DNA of 39,703 nucleotides from Nitrospiraceae bacterium (GTDB lineage Bacteria > Nitrospirota > Nitrospiria > Nitrospirales > Nitrospiraceae), in the NCBI GenBank assembly GCA_037442105.1, contig JBBIQV010000031.1:1-39703 (forward strand), in the 5' to 3' direction. This document shows positions 17,257 through 29,366 of this stretch, in pieces; the first letter of the stretch is position 1; every line of letters begins with the position of its first letter. A program made the position numbers and the translations under genes. Below the pieces are notes generated by a model. That model did no database searches. It had not been told where the DNA came from and saw only the letters and a program-made list of their open reading frames with translations.

Positions 17257-18572
17257 AGCGTCAGTCCACGAATCGCCCGTAAGGTAGTTTCAACCTCTTC
17301 CGTCGAGGTCAGCAGGCTCGGCGCGAGCCTGGCATATTGCGTGGCGTACGGCGTCACACTTCCCATGATCCCTTGCTGGCGCAAGCGATCCACCACTTGC
17401 TGAGGCTTCATGCCGTCGATCTCAAAACACACGATGCCGGCGGACAGGTCCTGCGATTGCGGCGTGTGCAGCGTCACGCGCGGCATCTTCGCCAGTCCTT
17501 CCTTGAGTTGCCGGTTCAATTCGTGAATCCGCTTCGTCACCCGCGACTTGCCGATGGCCTGATGGAATTTGAAGGCTTCATCCAATGCCCACCGATGTTC
17601 GAATGAATGGAACCCGCCCGGCGTCATGTAGATGGACTTCGGCAACTCCCTGGGGGGCTTCAGTTTCATCCAGATGTCATAAGCCTGGTTGTTGAACGTA
17701 GGAATGATCGCATACGCAGCCGGCCAGGCCTTTGGATGGCCCCAGACCAAGCCTGTCCCGCGTGGTCCAAACAGCCATTTATGAGTCCCCGCCACGAAGA
17801 AGTCGCAGCCGACCTCCGACAAATTGAAATCTTCCACGCCCAGAGCATGGACGCCGTCTACACAGAGGATCACGCGGTCGGTGTCGTGGCGGGTCGCATT
17901 GATCCTGGCGAGTGCGGCGGCCATCTCGTGGATCGGGAGTTTAAGCCCGGTGCTGGAATGGACCCACGTCACGGCGACAACTCGCGTGGCGGACCGCACG
18001 TGCTTCACCAGCGTTGAGACTATCTCGTCCCGAGAGACCGTGCGGAGCTGGTCATACAGCGTAATCTGGCGAACCGTGGCGCCGGTCCGCTCCGCTCTCA
18101 GTCGCAGCGAGATTTCTGTGGAGTAGTGGTCGTGGATGGTGGTGAGGACTTCCTGCTCTGCACGGAGCGTGAGGCCCCCATACAGCAAGCCCAGCCCCAT
18201 CGTCGTGCTATCGGTGAGGGCGATATCGGTTGGATCGACCCCCAGGTACTCCCCCGCCGCGCGGAGGACGGCCGCTTCCTGCTTCTCTTCCTGTTCGAGC
18301 CAATAGCCGATGGGGTTGTCGTCGAGCCCGCGCCGGTGGCGCTCGATGGCCTCTCGGACCGGTGTGGGATGGGATGCCAGGAAGAAACCCGCCATGTGAA
18401 CGACCTCTCGCGACAAAGGAAACTGGTCGCGGACAGTCCGCCAGGAATCGAGCATGCGTGTCGGCGTTGTGCCGCCCATCGCATTGGCTTCTGGAATCTG
18501 TCCGGCCAACATGGCTGCGCCCAACGCCAAGCCCGTGCGAACGAGAAAATCCCGCCGATACATCTCCTTCAT
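17253..18572 (-). CDS. Tat-exported class-V PLP aminotransferase (PvdN / isopenicillin N epimerase-like)
   Basis: RRDFL Tat motif; DGVH and GTHKWLFGPRGTG PLP-lysine motif. Confidence 0.88.
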   Translation of the reverse strand: MKEMYRRDFLVRTGLALGAAMLAGQIPEANAMGGTTPTRMLDSWRTVRDQFPLSREVVHMAGFFLASHPTPVREAIERHRRGLDDNPIGYWLEQEEKQEAAVLRAAGEYLGVDPTDIALTDSTTMGLGLLYGGLTLRAEQEVLTTIHDHYSTEISLRLRAERTGATVRQITLYDQLRTVSRDEIVSTLVKHVRSATRVVAVTWVHSSTGLKLPIHEMAAALARINATRHDTDRVILCVDGVHALGVEDFNLSEVGCDFFVAGTHKWLFGPRGTGLVWGHPKAWPAAYAIIPTFNNQAYDIWMKLKPPRELPKSIYMTPGGFHSFEHRWALDEAFKFHQAIGKSRVTKRIHELNRQLKEGLAKMPRVTLHTPQSQDLSAGIVCFEIDGMKPQQVVDRLRQQGIMGSVTPYATQYARLAPSLLTSTEEVETTLRAIRGLTL

Positions 18573-18658
18573 AGGCCTTTCCCTCCGGATGACATGCAGA
18601 AGCGGGCTGCCGGGATCAATCAACTACGCGGGACTGGGGAGAACAGACAAGAGGAACG

Positions 18659-19564
18659 CTAGCGATGGGCTTCCCACAATCGTTCGATGTCGGCTCGCGT
18701 CGGCAGCGATTCCTGCGCCCCACGTTTCGTCGTGGCGAGCGCCCCCGCTGCGTTGGCAAACACGATGGCGTCCTCCATCGCCTGTCCTTCGGCGAGGGCG
18801 CAAGCTAACGCGCCGCTGAATGCATCTCCGGCTCCCGTCGTATCCACCGTATGGACGGAAAAAGCGGGGAACAGACGCTGGTTCTGTGCGTCTCGCAACA
18901 AGGCGCCTCGTTCTCCAAGCGTCACCACGACCGAACGGGCCCCCTTGTGCAGCACCACACGAGCCGCTTCGTCAGGATCGGCTTGTCCGCTCAACAGTCG
19001 GGCTTCTCCTTCGTTGGGCGTCAGCACATCTACAAGCTTGAGCATCTCTGTGGGAAGAGGGACCGCCGGCGCAGGATTCAGGACGGTGGTGAGACCGTGC
19101 GCCTTCGCGATCCTGAGCGTCTCCGCCACCGTGTCGAGCGGCAATTCGAGCTGAACGAGCAGCACCTTGTTTCCGGCGATGAGCGAAGTCGCCCGGCGGA
19201 CATCCTCCGTACTGAGCATCCGGTTGCTTCCCGGCGCGACAGCGATTTGATTCTGGCCCGCGCGATCCACCATGACCAGCGCCACGCCGGTCGGCTTCTC
19301 GGCATCCTGCAACAATCCATCCTTCGGCAGGCCGACCGAGAGAAGATGCTGCTCCATGAGCCATCCGTTGGGATCGTTGCCCAGTTTCGTCAGCAGTACC
19401 ACGTCGGCGCCGGCGCGCTTCGCCGCGACGGCTTGGTTCGCCCCTTTGCCGCCGAAGGAACGAGAGAATTCTCCACCAAGGACGGTTTCGCCGGGCTGGG
19501 GAAGTCGATCCACAGCAACCGTGAGATCCAGATTCGCTGACCCGACGACAATCACTTTGGACAC
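18659..19564 (-). CDS. rbsK: ribokinase (PfkB family)
   Basis: GGKGANQAVAA, NPAPA, DTTGAGDAF; GTG start at 19564 overlaps the upstream gene. Confidence 0.92.
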   Translation of the reverse strand: MSKVIVVGSANLDLTVAVDRLPQPGETVLGGEFSRSFGGKGANQAVAAKRAGADVVLLTKLGNDPNGWLMEQHLLSVGLPKDGLLQDAEKPTGVALVMVDRAGQNQIAVAPGSNRMLSTEDVRRATSLIAGNKVLLVQLELPLDTVAETLRIAKAHGLTTVLNPAPAVPLPTEMLKLVDVLTPNEGEARLLSGQADPDEAARVVLHKGARSVVVTLGERGALLRDAQNQRLFPAFSVHTVDTTGAGDAFSGALACALAEGQAMEDAIVFANAAGALATTKRGAQESLPTRADIERLWEAHR

Positions 19565-20544
19565 AGCCGCTCTCCAACCAGTGACAAGAATCGCGACGCA
19601 TCGACCGTCAGCGCCACCTGGAGATTGGGTGGAACCTTGCGCTCCTCCAGCAACACCCGCCGGTCCGCTACCGTCATCCCCCACGTGGTGCGCCCCTCGG
19701 TTTCCACTTCCACGTGCAGCGGCGTGAGCTTCACGAGACCGGGATCGATCGCCACTCCCACCGCTAGCGGATCGTGCAAATGAAACAGTCCGTGGCCTTC
19801 CACTTCTTCTGCAAAGGCCAATGCCGAACCAGTCGCATGTCCTACGAAGCGGCAGACGGGATCCGTCGTCTTGGCCGTCAGCCTCTGCAACGCCGTCCGG
19901 TTCAGAGACACCTGCGTCGTGACATCCAGCGGGACCAACGTCATCGGCATTCCCGCTTGCATGACCCACTGGGCCGCGTGAGGATCCACATAGATGTTGA
20001 ATTCCGCTACGGGCGAGATATTACCCGGCACCGCAATAGCTCCTCCCATACTGATCACCTCGCGCAGCCGGCCGACGGTCGTGGGGTCTACCCTTAGCGC
20101 CACGGCCAGGTTGGTGAGCGGACCCAGCGTGATCAGGGTCAGTTCGTTCGGATACCGTCGTACACATGCTCGCCACACATCCTGCGCGGTCGGCAATGTT
20201 GCCGGCAAGCTCGTGTCCGGATAGAACAGACTTCCGTCCGGATTACGAACACGATCCAGTTCCCCCAATCCGTCGGTACCGTGCACGTTGGTGGCACTCA
20301 CCAGTGGCCGCTCGAGCGGGCGGGCCGCCCCCTGGCCGATCAGCAAGTCCGGTGGAGCTTTAATCAGATTGAGAATCCGGAACAGATTCTTCGTGGCCTG
20401 GCCGACCGGCACATTGCCACACACCGTCGTGATGGCGACGACCTCGATCTCCGGCGACCGAAGCGCCAGCAGGATCGCCAGCGCGTCATCCACACCTGGA
20501 TCAGTGTCGATGATGACGCGTCGAGGAGCGGCGGCTGTATTCAT
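19552..20544 (-). CDS. inosine/uridine-preferring nucleoside hydrolase
   Basis: DTDPGVDD, GPLTN, AEFNIYVDP, LHDP motifs. Confidence 0.93.
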   Translation of the reverse strand: MNTAAAPRRVIIDTDPGVDDALAILLALRSPEIEVVAITTVCGNVPVGQATKNLFRILNLIKAPPDLLIGQGAARPLERPLVSATNVHGTDGLGELDRVRNPDGSLFYPDTSLPATLPTAQDVWRACVRRYPNELTLITLGPLTNLAVALRVDPTTVGRLREVISMGGAIAVPGNISPVAEFNIYVDPHAAQWVMQAGMPMTLVPLDVTTQVSLNRTALQRLTAKTTDPVCRFVGHATGSALAFAEEVEGHGLFHLHDPLAVGVAIDPGLVKLTPLHVEVETEGRTTWGMTVADRRVLLEERKVPPNLQVALTVDASRFLSLVGERLCPK

Positions 20545-20590
20545 GATGGCTCGTCCTTAAAAAAACGCGCCAAAGGCCGGGTGAGCTTGG

Positions 20591-23473
20591 CTAGTAGGTG
20601 TCCATCGGAGGGCAGGTGCACATGAGATTTCGATCTCCATACGCCTCGTCGATCCGGCCGACGCTCGGCCAGAACTTTGAGGTGCGGAGCCACGGCGCTG
20701 GGAACGCGGCCTGTTCGCGACTGTAGGGCCGGTTCCACTCGGACGCGGTCACGACCTCCGCCGTATGGGGAGCATTCTTGAGCGGGTTGTTCGCGCGCGG
20801 CATGCGGCCATCGATGATTTCTTGAATCTCGCTGCGGATGAGAATCAGCGCCTCGCAAAAGCGATCCAGCTCCGCCTTGGACTCGCTTTCGGTCGGTTCA
20901 ATCATCAGCGTGCCGGCCACGGGGAAAGAAACAGTGGGCGCATGGAAGCCGTAGTCCATCAGGCGCTTGGCGACGTCCGTCGCTTCGACACCCGCACTCT
21001 CTTTGAATTGCCGCAGGTCCAGAATGAATTCATGGGCGACGTAGCCGTTCTTGCCGGTGTAGAGCACCGGATAGTATTTCTCCAGTCGCTTGGCCATGTA
21101 GTTCGCGCTGAGAATCGCTACCTGGGTTGCCTTGGTCAGCCCATCTCCTCCCATCAACGCGATGTACACCCAGGAGATCGGTAAGATACTCGGGCTGCCG
21201 TAGGGTGCAGCGGAGACCGGCCCGATTGATTCCGGTCTTCCGAGTTTCGTGACCGGATGGCCAGGCAAGAACGGAACCAGATGTCGCGCCACACCGATCG
21301 GTCCCATCCCCGGACCGCCGCCGCCATGCGGAATACAAAACGTCTTGTGCAGATTGAGGTGACACACGTCTGCGCCCAGGTCGGCGGGCCGGCAGAGTCC
21401 CACCTGCGCATTCAGGTTGGCGCCGTCCATATAGACCTGTCCGCCATGCGTATGGACGATCTGGCAAATGCGCCGAATGTCCGCCTCGAATACGCCGTGC
21501 GTGGATGGGTAGGTAATCATCAAAGCCGCCAGCCGCTGCCGGTACTGCACCGCTTTCGTCTCCAGATCGGCGAAGTCCACGTTGCCTTGCCGATCGCAGG
21601 CAACCGGCACCACGGTCATCCCTGCCATGGCCGCGCTGGCTGGGTTGGTGCCATGGGCCGATACAGGAATCAGGCAGACGTCGCGATGGAACTCCCCGTG
21701 GTGGCGGTGGTACGCCTGAATGACCATCAAGCCCGCATACTCCCCCTGGGAGCCCGCATTGGGTTGCAAAGACACCCCGGCGAAGCCCGTGATCTCGGCC
21801 AGCCACGCTTCCAATTGGCGAAAGAGTTCCTGATAGCCTCGGCTCTGGTCAGCCGGCGCAAACGGATGAAGCCGCGAAAACTCCGGCCACGTCACCGGCA
21901 ACATTTCCGCCGTCGCGTTCAGTTTCATCGTGCAGGAGCCGAGCGGGATCATCGAGTGCGTCAGGGAAAGGTCTCGTGCCTGCAGCCGGTAAAGATATCG
22001 CAACATCTCGTGCTCGGAGTGGTAACGATTGAAGACGTCGTGCATGAGGTATTGGCTGGTGCGAGCCAGGTTCTTGGGATAGCTCGTCTGAACGGATTGC
22101 GCCAACTCCTCGACGGTGAAGACCACCTCGGAATGGCCGACGAAGAGCTCAATCAGCCGTTTCACCTCCGCCGGTGTACTGAGTTCATCGAGCGACAGGC
22201 ACAGCGACCCGTCCTCCATCCGGCGTAGATTAATTCCCTGTTCGTCGGCCCGAGCCAGGATGTGATCGACTTGCATCCTCCCCACCCGCACACGAACCGT
22301 GTCGAAGAACGGCTCCGTGCCGACATCGAAGCCCAGCCGGCGAAGTCCCTCAGCCAACACTGCCGCCAAACCGTGGACACGCTCCGCGATGCGCCGGAGT
22401 CCATCGGGGCCGTGATAGACTGCATACATGCCGGCCATGATGGCCAGCAGCACCTGGGCCGTGCAGATGTTGCTGGTGGCCTTTTCGCGCCGAATGTGCT
22501 GCTCGCGCGTCTGGATCGCCAGACGGTACGCCACCTTGCCGCTGACATCCTTTGACACTCCCACGATCCGGCCCGGCACCTGCCGCCTATGGTCGCCTTT
22601 CGTCGCCAGGAATGCCGCATGGGGGCCTCCGAATCCGAGGGGAACGCCGAACCGCTGGCTCGATCCCACCGCAATGTCTGCGCCGAACTCACCGGGTGGC
22701 CGCAAGAGCGCGAGCGCCAGAAGATCGGTCGCCACGACGACCAAGACGCCCGCCGCATGAGCCTGACTCACGAGATCGCTATAGTCTCCGACGTACCCGT
22801 CCGTTGCCGGATACTGCAGCAACAACCCGCAGAGCCTGCCGGCAGAAAAATCGAGCGTCGAGGTCCGGCCCATCCGCAGGGTCATGCCGAGCGAGTCGGC
22901 GCGCGTCTGCATGACGGCGACCGTCTGGGGATGACAGTCCTGAGAAACGAAGAATTCTTTCTTGTCGCCGCCCCCGGCGCGCGCGATGGTTGCGCACATC
23001 GCCATCGCCTCAGCCGCCGCAGTCGCCTCATCCAGCAACGACGCATTGGCTAACGGCAGCCCCGTCAAATCCGTGACCATCGTCTGGAAATTCACCAGCG
23101 CTTCCAAGCGGCCTTGCGCGATCTCGGCTTGATAGGGAGTGTACTGGGTATACCAGCCAGGGTTTTCCAGGATGTTCCGTTGAATAACCGGCGGGGTGAT
23201 GCAATCGTAGTACCCCATTCCGATCAGCGACCGGTAGACCTTGTTCTGCGTCGCCAAGGCTCGCAATTCCCCCAAGACGTCCTGTTCGCTTCGACGGGGT
23301 GACAATGCCAAGGGTTGGCGGAGCCGGATTTCTTCGGGGATGGTCGCGTCGATCAGCGCGTGGATCGACGGGAGCCCCACCGTCGCCACCATTTCCTGGA
23401 TGTCGGCGTCCGTGGGCCCCAGGTGGCGCTGCACGAAGATGTCAGTCGGTTTCAGAAAGTCTGGTTGCGTCAT
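20591..23473 (-). CDS. gcvP: glycine dehydrogenase (P protein, single chain)
   Basis: [38 protein letters not shown]. Confidence 0.98.
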   Translation of the reverse strand: MTQPDFLKPTDIFVQRHLGPTDADIQEMVATVGLPSIHALIDATIPEEIRLRQPLALSPRRSEQDVLGELRALATQNKVYRSLIGMGYYDCITPPVIQRNILENPGWYTQYTPYQAEIAQGRLEALVNFQTMVTDLTGLPLANASLLDEATAAAEAMAMCATIARAGGGDKKEFFVSQDCHPQTVAVMQTRADSLGMTLRMGRTSTLDFSAGRLCGLLLQYPATDGYVGDYSDLVSQAHAAGVLVVVATDLLALALLRPPGEFGADIAVGSSQRFGVPLGFGGPHAAFLATKGDHRRQVPGRIVGVSKDVSGKVAYRLAIQTREQHIRREKATSNICTAQVLLAIMAGMYAVYHGPDGLRRIAERVHGLAAVLAEGLRRLGFDVGTEPFFDTVRVRVGRMQVDHILARADEQGINLRRMEDGSLCLSLDELSTPAEVKRLIELFVGHSEVVFTVEELAQSVQTSYPKNLARTSQYLMHDVFNRYHSEHEMLRYLYRLQARDLSLTHSMIPLGSCTMKLNATAEMLPVTWPEFSRLHPFAPADQSRGYQELFRQLEAWLAEITGFAGVSLQPNAGSQGEYAGLMVIQAYHRHHGEFHRDVCLIPVSAHGTNPASAAMAGMTVVPVACDRQGNVDFADLETKAVQYRQRLAALMITYPSTHGVFEADIRRICQIVHTHGGQVYMDGANLNAQVGLCRPADLGADVCHLNLHKTFCIPHGGGGPGMGPIGVARHLVPFLPGHPVTKLGRPESIGPVSAAPYGSPSILPISWVYIALMGGDGLTKATQVAILSANYMAKRLEKYYPVLYTGKNGYVAHEFILDLRQFKESAGVEATDVAKRLMDYGFHAPTVSFPVAGTLMIEPTESESKAELDRFCEALILIRSEIQEIIDGRMPRANNPLKNAPHTAEVVTASEWNRPYSREQAAFPAPWLRTSKFWPSVGRIDEAYGDRNLMCTCPPMDTY

Positions 23474-23716
23474 GTGGATCGTAAGATCTCGAAGTCGTGA
23501 CAAGCCGGTAGGAAGCGCATCGCAACGTTCGGCACGAGAGCGGCTCATTCCTCAACGATCGGCGGGCACAGACTACCATGCGAATCCCGATTTTCCAAGC
23601 AGGGATTTGTCAACCGGGTGACTTGCCTTGCCGAGGCTCGTCGGGTAATAAGTGGGACCGCCTGCTGATAGATGGGCTGGCGCTTTCGGCTTTGATGCAC
23701 AGTTTCTGAGATCGAC

Positions 23717-25372
23717 ATGCTCACACACGATATCCTGATTGTTGGCGCCGGCCTCGCCGGCATGAGGGCCGCTTTGGCGGCTCCATCCGGTCTGAACGTC
23801 GCCCTTCTGTCCAAAGTTCATCCGGTGCGGAGCCACTCGGTGGCCGCGCAGGGCGGCATCAATGCCGCCCTGGGCGAGAACGACTCGTGGGAAGCCCATG
23901 CGTTCGATACGGCGAAGGGCGGACTCTATCTCGGCGATCAGGACGCCATCGAAGCCATGTGCCGTGAAGCGCCGGGAGACATTCTCGACCTGGAGCGCAT
24001 GGGGGTCATCTTCAGCCGAACTCCGGAAGGACGGATTGCACAACGTCCGTTCGGCGGTGCGGGATTCCCACGGACTTGCTATGCAGCCGACCGAACGGGC
24101 CATGCGATCCTCCATGCCATGTATGAGCAACTCCTCAAGCGGCAATGCCGGGTGTACGAAGAATGGTACGTGACCGCCCTCATTGTGGAGGACGGGGCCT
24201 GCCGCGGCGTGATCGCCTGGGACCTGATCCACGGCGGGCTGCACACCCTTTCCGCCAAGGCCGTCATCCTTGCGGCCGGCGGGAGCGGACGAGTATTTCT
24301 CACCAGCACGAATGCCGTGATCAACACAGGCGACGGCATGGCGCTGGCCTATCGCGCCGGGGTACCTCTGAAAGACATGGAGTTCGTGCAGTTTCATCCC
24401 ACGACGTTGAAAGATACCGGCATCCTGATCACGGAAGGTGCCCGGGGAGAAGGCGGCTATTTGCTCAATACGTTGGGCGAGCGCTTCATGAGGCGGTATG
24501 CGCCCGAACAGATGGAGTTGGCGACACGCTCCACGGTCTCGCTTGCGATCGGCCGAGAAATTCTTGAAGGGCGCGGCGTGGATGGCTGTGTGCTCCTCGA
24601 TCTCCGACATCTCGGACGCGCACGGATTCTAGAGCGACTGCCGCAAATTCGCCAGCTTTCGCTGGAATTCGCCGGGCTCGATCCAATTGAAACGCCGATT
24701 CCGGTGCGGCCCGGCGCCCACTATCAAATGGGAGGCGTGGCGACCGACCAATGGGGAGAAACGATCCTGCCGGGGCTCTTCGCGGCAGGCGAGTGCGCCT
24801 GCGTGAGCGTGCATGGTGCCAACCGCTTGGGGGGCAACTCGCTGCTGGAAACGATTGTCTTCGGCCGGCGGGCCGGCACACGCGCCGCCCGGTATGTCCA
24901 GCAGATACCGGCACAGCTACCTTCAAACGCCGCACTTGACAGGGAGACTTCGCGCCTCCGGCAACTGTTGGCGAATAAGGGCACGGAACGAGCCTGGCAA
25001 ATCCGGGATGAACTCGGTAGGACGATGAGCCAGAACCTCGGCATTTTTCGGACGCAGCAGTCCATGACGACCGTGCAGGACCAACTGCGCACGCTGCAAG
25101 TCAGATCGGCGCGCGTGTGGGTCCAGGACAAAGGGCAGGTGTTCAATACCGATCTGATTCAGGCGCTGGAACTCCAATCGTTGATCGAAGTGGCGGAGAC
25201 CATCCTTGCCGGGGCGCTCGCCCGGCAGGAGAGCCGAGGCGCTCATTACCGATCCGACTTTCCCAAGCGAGACGATACGAACTGGCTCAAACACACACTG
25301 GCCTCTCGAACACCCGAAGGACCCATGTTAGAGTATCATCCGGTAACTATTACGCGATTTCAGCCGAAGTAG
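23717..25372 (+). CDS. sdhA: succinate dehydrogenase/fumarate reductase flavoprotein subunit
   Basis: [16 protein letters not shown] (covalent FAD His), [22 protein letters not shown]. Confidence 0.9.
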   Translation: MLTHDILIVGAGLAGMRAALAAPSGLNVALLSKVHPVRSHSVAAQGGINAALGENDSWEAHAFDTAKGGLYLGDQDAIEAMCREAPGDILDLERMGVIFSRTPEGRIAQRPFGGAGFPRTCYAADRTGHAILHAMYEQLLKRQCRVYEEWYVTALIVEDGACRGVIAWDLIHGGLHTLSAKAVILAAGGSGRVFLTSTNAVINTGDGMALAYRAGVPLKDMEFVQFHPTTLKDTGILITEGARGEGGYLLNTLGERFMRRYAPEQMELATRSTVSLAIGREILEGRGVDGCVLLDLRHLGRARILERLPQIRQLSLEFAGLDPIETPIPVRPGAHYQMGGVATDQWGETILPGLFAAGECACVSVHGANRLGGNSLLETIVFGRRAGTRAARYVQQIPAQLPSNAALDRETSRLRQLLANKGTERAWQIRDELGRTMSQNLGIFRTQQSMTTVQDQLRTLQVRSARVWVQDKGQVFNTDLIQALELQSLIEVAETILAGALARQESRGAHYRSDFPKRDDTNWLKHTLASRTPEGPMLEYHPVTITRFQPK

Positions 25373-25381
25373 AGCTAACAG

Positions 25382-25483
25382 CAGGTTAAGGTTGAGGCTA
25401 AGGTTGAGAAGGAGGACGGGCTCCGGAGCAGACAAAGAAGGGGTGCGGACTTCCCCCTTAACCTCAACCTAAACCTCAGCCTG
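25382..25483. repeat. inverted hexamer tandem array (AGGTTR / YAACCT)
   Basis: arms 25382-25408 and 25457-25483, 21/27 complementary. Confidence 0.8.
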
Positions 25484-25494
25484 AATTCGTGATC

Positions 25495-26169
25495 ATGCGT
25501 ATCCTTGTCGTTGAAGACGAAACGAAAGTCGGCTCGTTTATCAAGCGGGCATTGGAAGAGGAAAGCTACGCCGTCGATCTGTGCGAAGATGGCGCGCAAG
25601 GATTGGAGATGGCGTTGAGCGGAAGCTACGATCTGCTCGTCATCGATCTGATGTTGCCGAGCCTGCCGGGGATTGAAATTCTCAAGCACATCAGACGGGA
25701 AAACATCAGCGCCCCGGTCATCATCCTCACCGCCCAGTCGCAGGTCGATCAGAAGGTCAAAGGCTTGGACGCCGGAGCGGACGACTATCTCACGAAGCCT
25801 TTCGCCATCGATGAGTTGCTGGCCCGGGTGCGCGCTCTGATGCGGCGTGGCGCCACGGAGGCGCCGGGCATTCTGCAAATCGACGATCTGGCATTAAATC
25901 CCGCCACCCGTGAGGTGACCCGCGGCGGACAACGCATCGAGTTGACCTTGAAAGAGTACGCCCTCCTCGAATACTTCATGCGCCACGCCGGCCGCGTGCT
26001 GACTCGACCCATGATCTCGGAACACGTCTGGAACCAGGACTTCGACACCTTCACCAACGTCATCGATGTGTACGTCAATTATCTCCGCAACAAGATCGAT
26101 CGAGGCCGCAGCCGCAAGCTGATTCACACGATCCGAGGCAGCGGCTACATGCTGAAATCAGAAGGTTGA
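25495..26169 (+). CDS. OmpR-family response regulator (CusR/MprA-like)
   Basis: LVVEDE, DLMLP, GADDYLTKPF, wHTH TIRGSGY. Confidence 0.95.
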   Translation: MRILVVEDETKVGSFIKRALEEESYAVDLCEDGAQGLEMALSGSYDLLVIDLMLPSLPGIEILKHIRRENISAPVIILTAQSQVDQKVKGLDAGADDYLTKPFAIDELLARVRALMRRGATEAPGILQIDDLALNPATREVTRGGQRIELTLKEYALLEYFMRHAGRVLTRPMISEHVWNQDFDTFTNVIDVYVNYLRNKIDRGRSRKLIHTIRGSGYMLKSEG

Positions 26170-26247
26170 GGCCGAGGTTAAGGTCAAGGTTCGGGCTCAT
26201 GCCGGATTCATTGGAGCACGTTCGGTCTCACCCTCAACCTCGACCTG
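26162..26247. repeat. inverted hexamer tandem array (AGGTTR / YAACCT)
   Basis: 5 units at 26162-26191 (contain the regulator stop codon); inverse units at 26227-26247. Confidence 0.7.
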
Positions 26248-26255
26248 TCTCGGCG

Positions 26256-27668
26256 ATGCCTCTGCGCCTCAGGCTGACGCTCTGGTACGGGAGCGCGCTC
26301 GCGCTGATCCTCATCGTCTTTTCGACCGTGCTTTATACGGTGACCGCACGGGGCCTGCGCGATCAAGTGGATCAGTCGCTCGAAGAAACAGCCTCCACAG
26401 CGGTACGGTCTCTGGAGGAGCGGGGGTTTCTGCCGCTCATTGATGAAGAACAGTTGCTCAGCCAGTTTCCCGAGCTGGCCCGGATCGACAAATTTTTCCA
26501 GATCTTCAGCCCCTCAGGCACCATCACGCTCCGCTCCCCGAACATCAAGCAACACGAAGTGCCGCTCAGCCGCACGGCGCTGGAGGTGGCCTTCAAGGGG
26601 AAAAGTATCTTCGAGTCCGCGAAGTATCCGCACGAGCCCCCGCTCCGCCTGATCTCGGTGCCGATCGTCTACCGCGGCACGCTCCTCTATATCGTGCAGG
26701 TCGGGACCTCGATGGACTCGGTCGAACAGACTCTGCATCGCTTACTGCTCGTCCTCTTAATTACGATGCCGGTCGCCCTGGTGGTGTCTTTAGCCGGTGG
26801 GTGGTTCCTGGCCGGACGCGCCCTTCGCCCGGTGGATGTCATCACGGTCGCGGCTCAACGGATTGCCGGCGGCGATCTGACGCAGCGACTCACCGTGCCC
26901 GCATCCCCTGACGAAATCGGCCGCTTGGCGGCGACGTTCAACGACATGATCGCTCGGCTGGACGCCTCCTTCCGGCAAATCCGCCAGTTTAGCAGCGACG
27001 CCTCGCACGAACTGCGCACGCCGCTCACGGTCATGAAGGGTGAAACCGAGCTCGCCCTGCGGCGCCCACGTTCCGCCGAAGACTACCAGGCCGTGCTGGT
27101 GAGCAATTTGGAGGAGATCGACCGGATGAGCCGCATCGTCGAGGAACTCCTCTTCCTTTCCCGCGCCGACATGGGCGAGATCAAGATGGACCACGAACCC
27201 GTGCGGCTGGAGTTGCTCGTTGAAGATATCCAGCGCCAGGCCTCTCTGCTGGGACAGGAGCAAGACATTCAGGTGATCCTGGGAACTATGAGCCCCGCGA
27301 CGGTTCTTGGCGACGAGTTGCGTTTGCGCGAACTCCTCCTGAATCTCGTCGATAACGCCGTGAAGTACTCCCATCCGGGCGGCAAGGTGGAGATTCGGCT
27401 CAGGACCGACGACGGATATGTGAAGTTGTCCGTGATCGACGAAGGAATCGGTATCGCACCGGAGCTGCACAAACAAATCTTCGATCGCTTTTATCGCACG
27501 GATGAAGCGCGCGCCCACACCAAGAAGGGCACGGGATTGGGGTTGGCGATCTGCGCCTGGATTGCCGAGGCCCATCACGGCAAGATCGAGGTGCAGAGCG
27601 AGCCCGGCAAAGGCTCAACCTTCACGCTGATACTGCCGCTCGTCCCGCGACCGCTTAGAAAATTTTAA
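26256..27668 (+). CDS. HAMP-domain sensor histidine kinase
   Basis: 2 TM, HAMP, H-box SHELRTPL, N-box NAVKY, G-boxes DEGIGI and GTGLGL. Confidence 0.95.
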   Translation: MPLRLRLTLWYGSALALILIVFSTVLYTVTARGLRDQVDQSLEETASTAVRSLEERGFLPLIDEEQLLSQFPELARIDKFFQIFSPSGTITLRSPNIKQHEVPLSRTALEVAFKGKSIFESAKYPHEPPLRLISVPIVYRGTLLYIVQVGTSMDSVEQTLHRLLLVLLITMPVALVVSLAGGWFLAGRALRPVDVITVAAQRIAGGDLTQRLTVPASPDEIGRLAATFNDMIARLDASFRQIRQFSSDASHELRTPLTVMKGETELALRRPRSAEDYQAVLVSNLEEIDRMSRIVEELLFLSRADMGEIKMDHEPVRLELLVEDIQRQASLLGQEQDIQVILGTMSPATVLGDELRLRELLLNLVDNAVKYSHPGGKVEIRLRTDDGYVKLSVIDEGIGIAPELHKQIFDRFYRTDEARAHTKKGTGLGLAICAWIAEAHHGKIEVQSEPGKGSTFTLILPLVPRPLRKF

Positions 27669-27692
27669 TTCCCTCTTAATCTCCGTCTCATT
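27665..27692 (+). promoter_or_regulatory. candidate OmpR-family binding repeat upstream of degP
   Basis: TTAAT at 27665 and 27676 (11-nt period), TCATT at 27688. Confidence 0.45.
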
Positions 27693-27776
27693 CTCTGTTG
27701 TTACCCTCCCTCATATGTTCACGCAGCAAAACCGAACCGCCTATCAGGCACGCTTAGAACAGAAGGAGGAGGGTTT

Positions 27777-29303
<1,527 letters not shown>

Positions 29304-29316
29304 CTATTGCAAAACA

Positions 29317-29352
29317 AAGGGACGGGGTTGGACGCCCCGTCCCTTCTCTTCT
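29317..29352. terminator. bidirectional terminator between degP and purU
   Basis: AAGGGACGGGG-7 nt-CCCCGTCCCTT, flanked by A-rich and T-rich runs. Confidence 0.85.
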
Positions 29353-29366
29353 TTCTCTGCGTCTGC

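Noticed and set aside
19565..19969. Long N-terminal extension of ribokinase in the ORF track
   Set aside because: Overlaps the nucleoside hydrolase in another frame; the ribokinase domain starts at GTG19564
23474..23716. Glycine riboswitch upstream of gcvP (also checked upstream of gcvT)
   Set aside because: No recognisable GGAGA...CCGAAG...CTCTCAGG aptamer motifs
23573..24610. 345-aa minus-strand ORF
   Set aside because: Antisense shadow of sdhA
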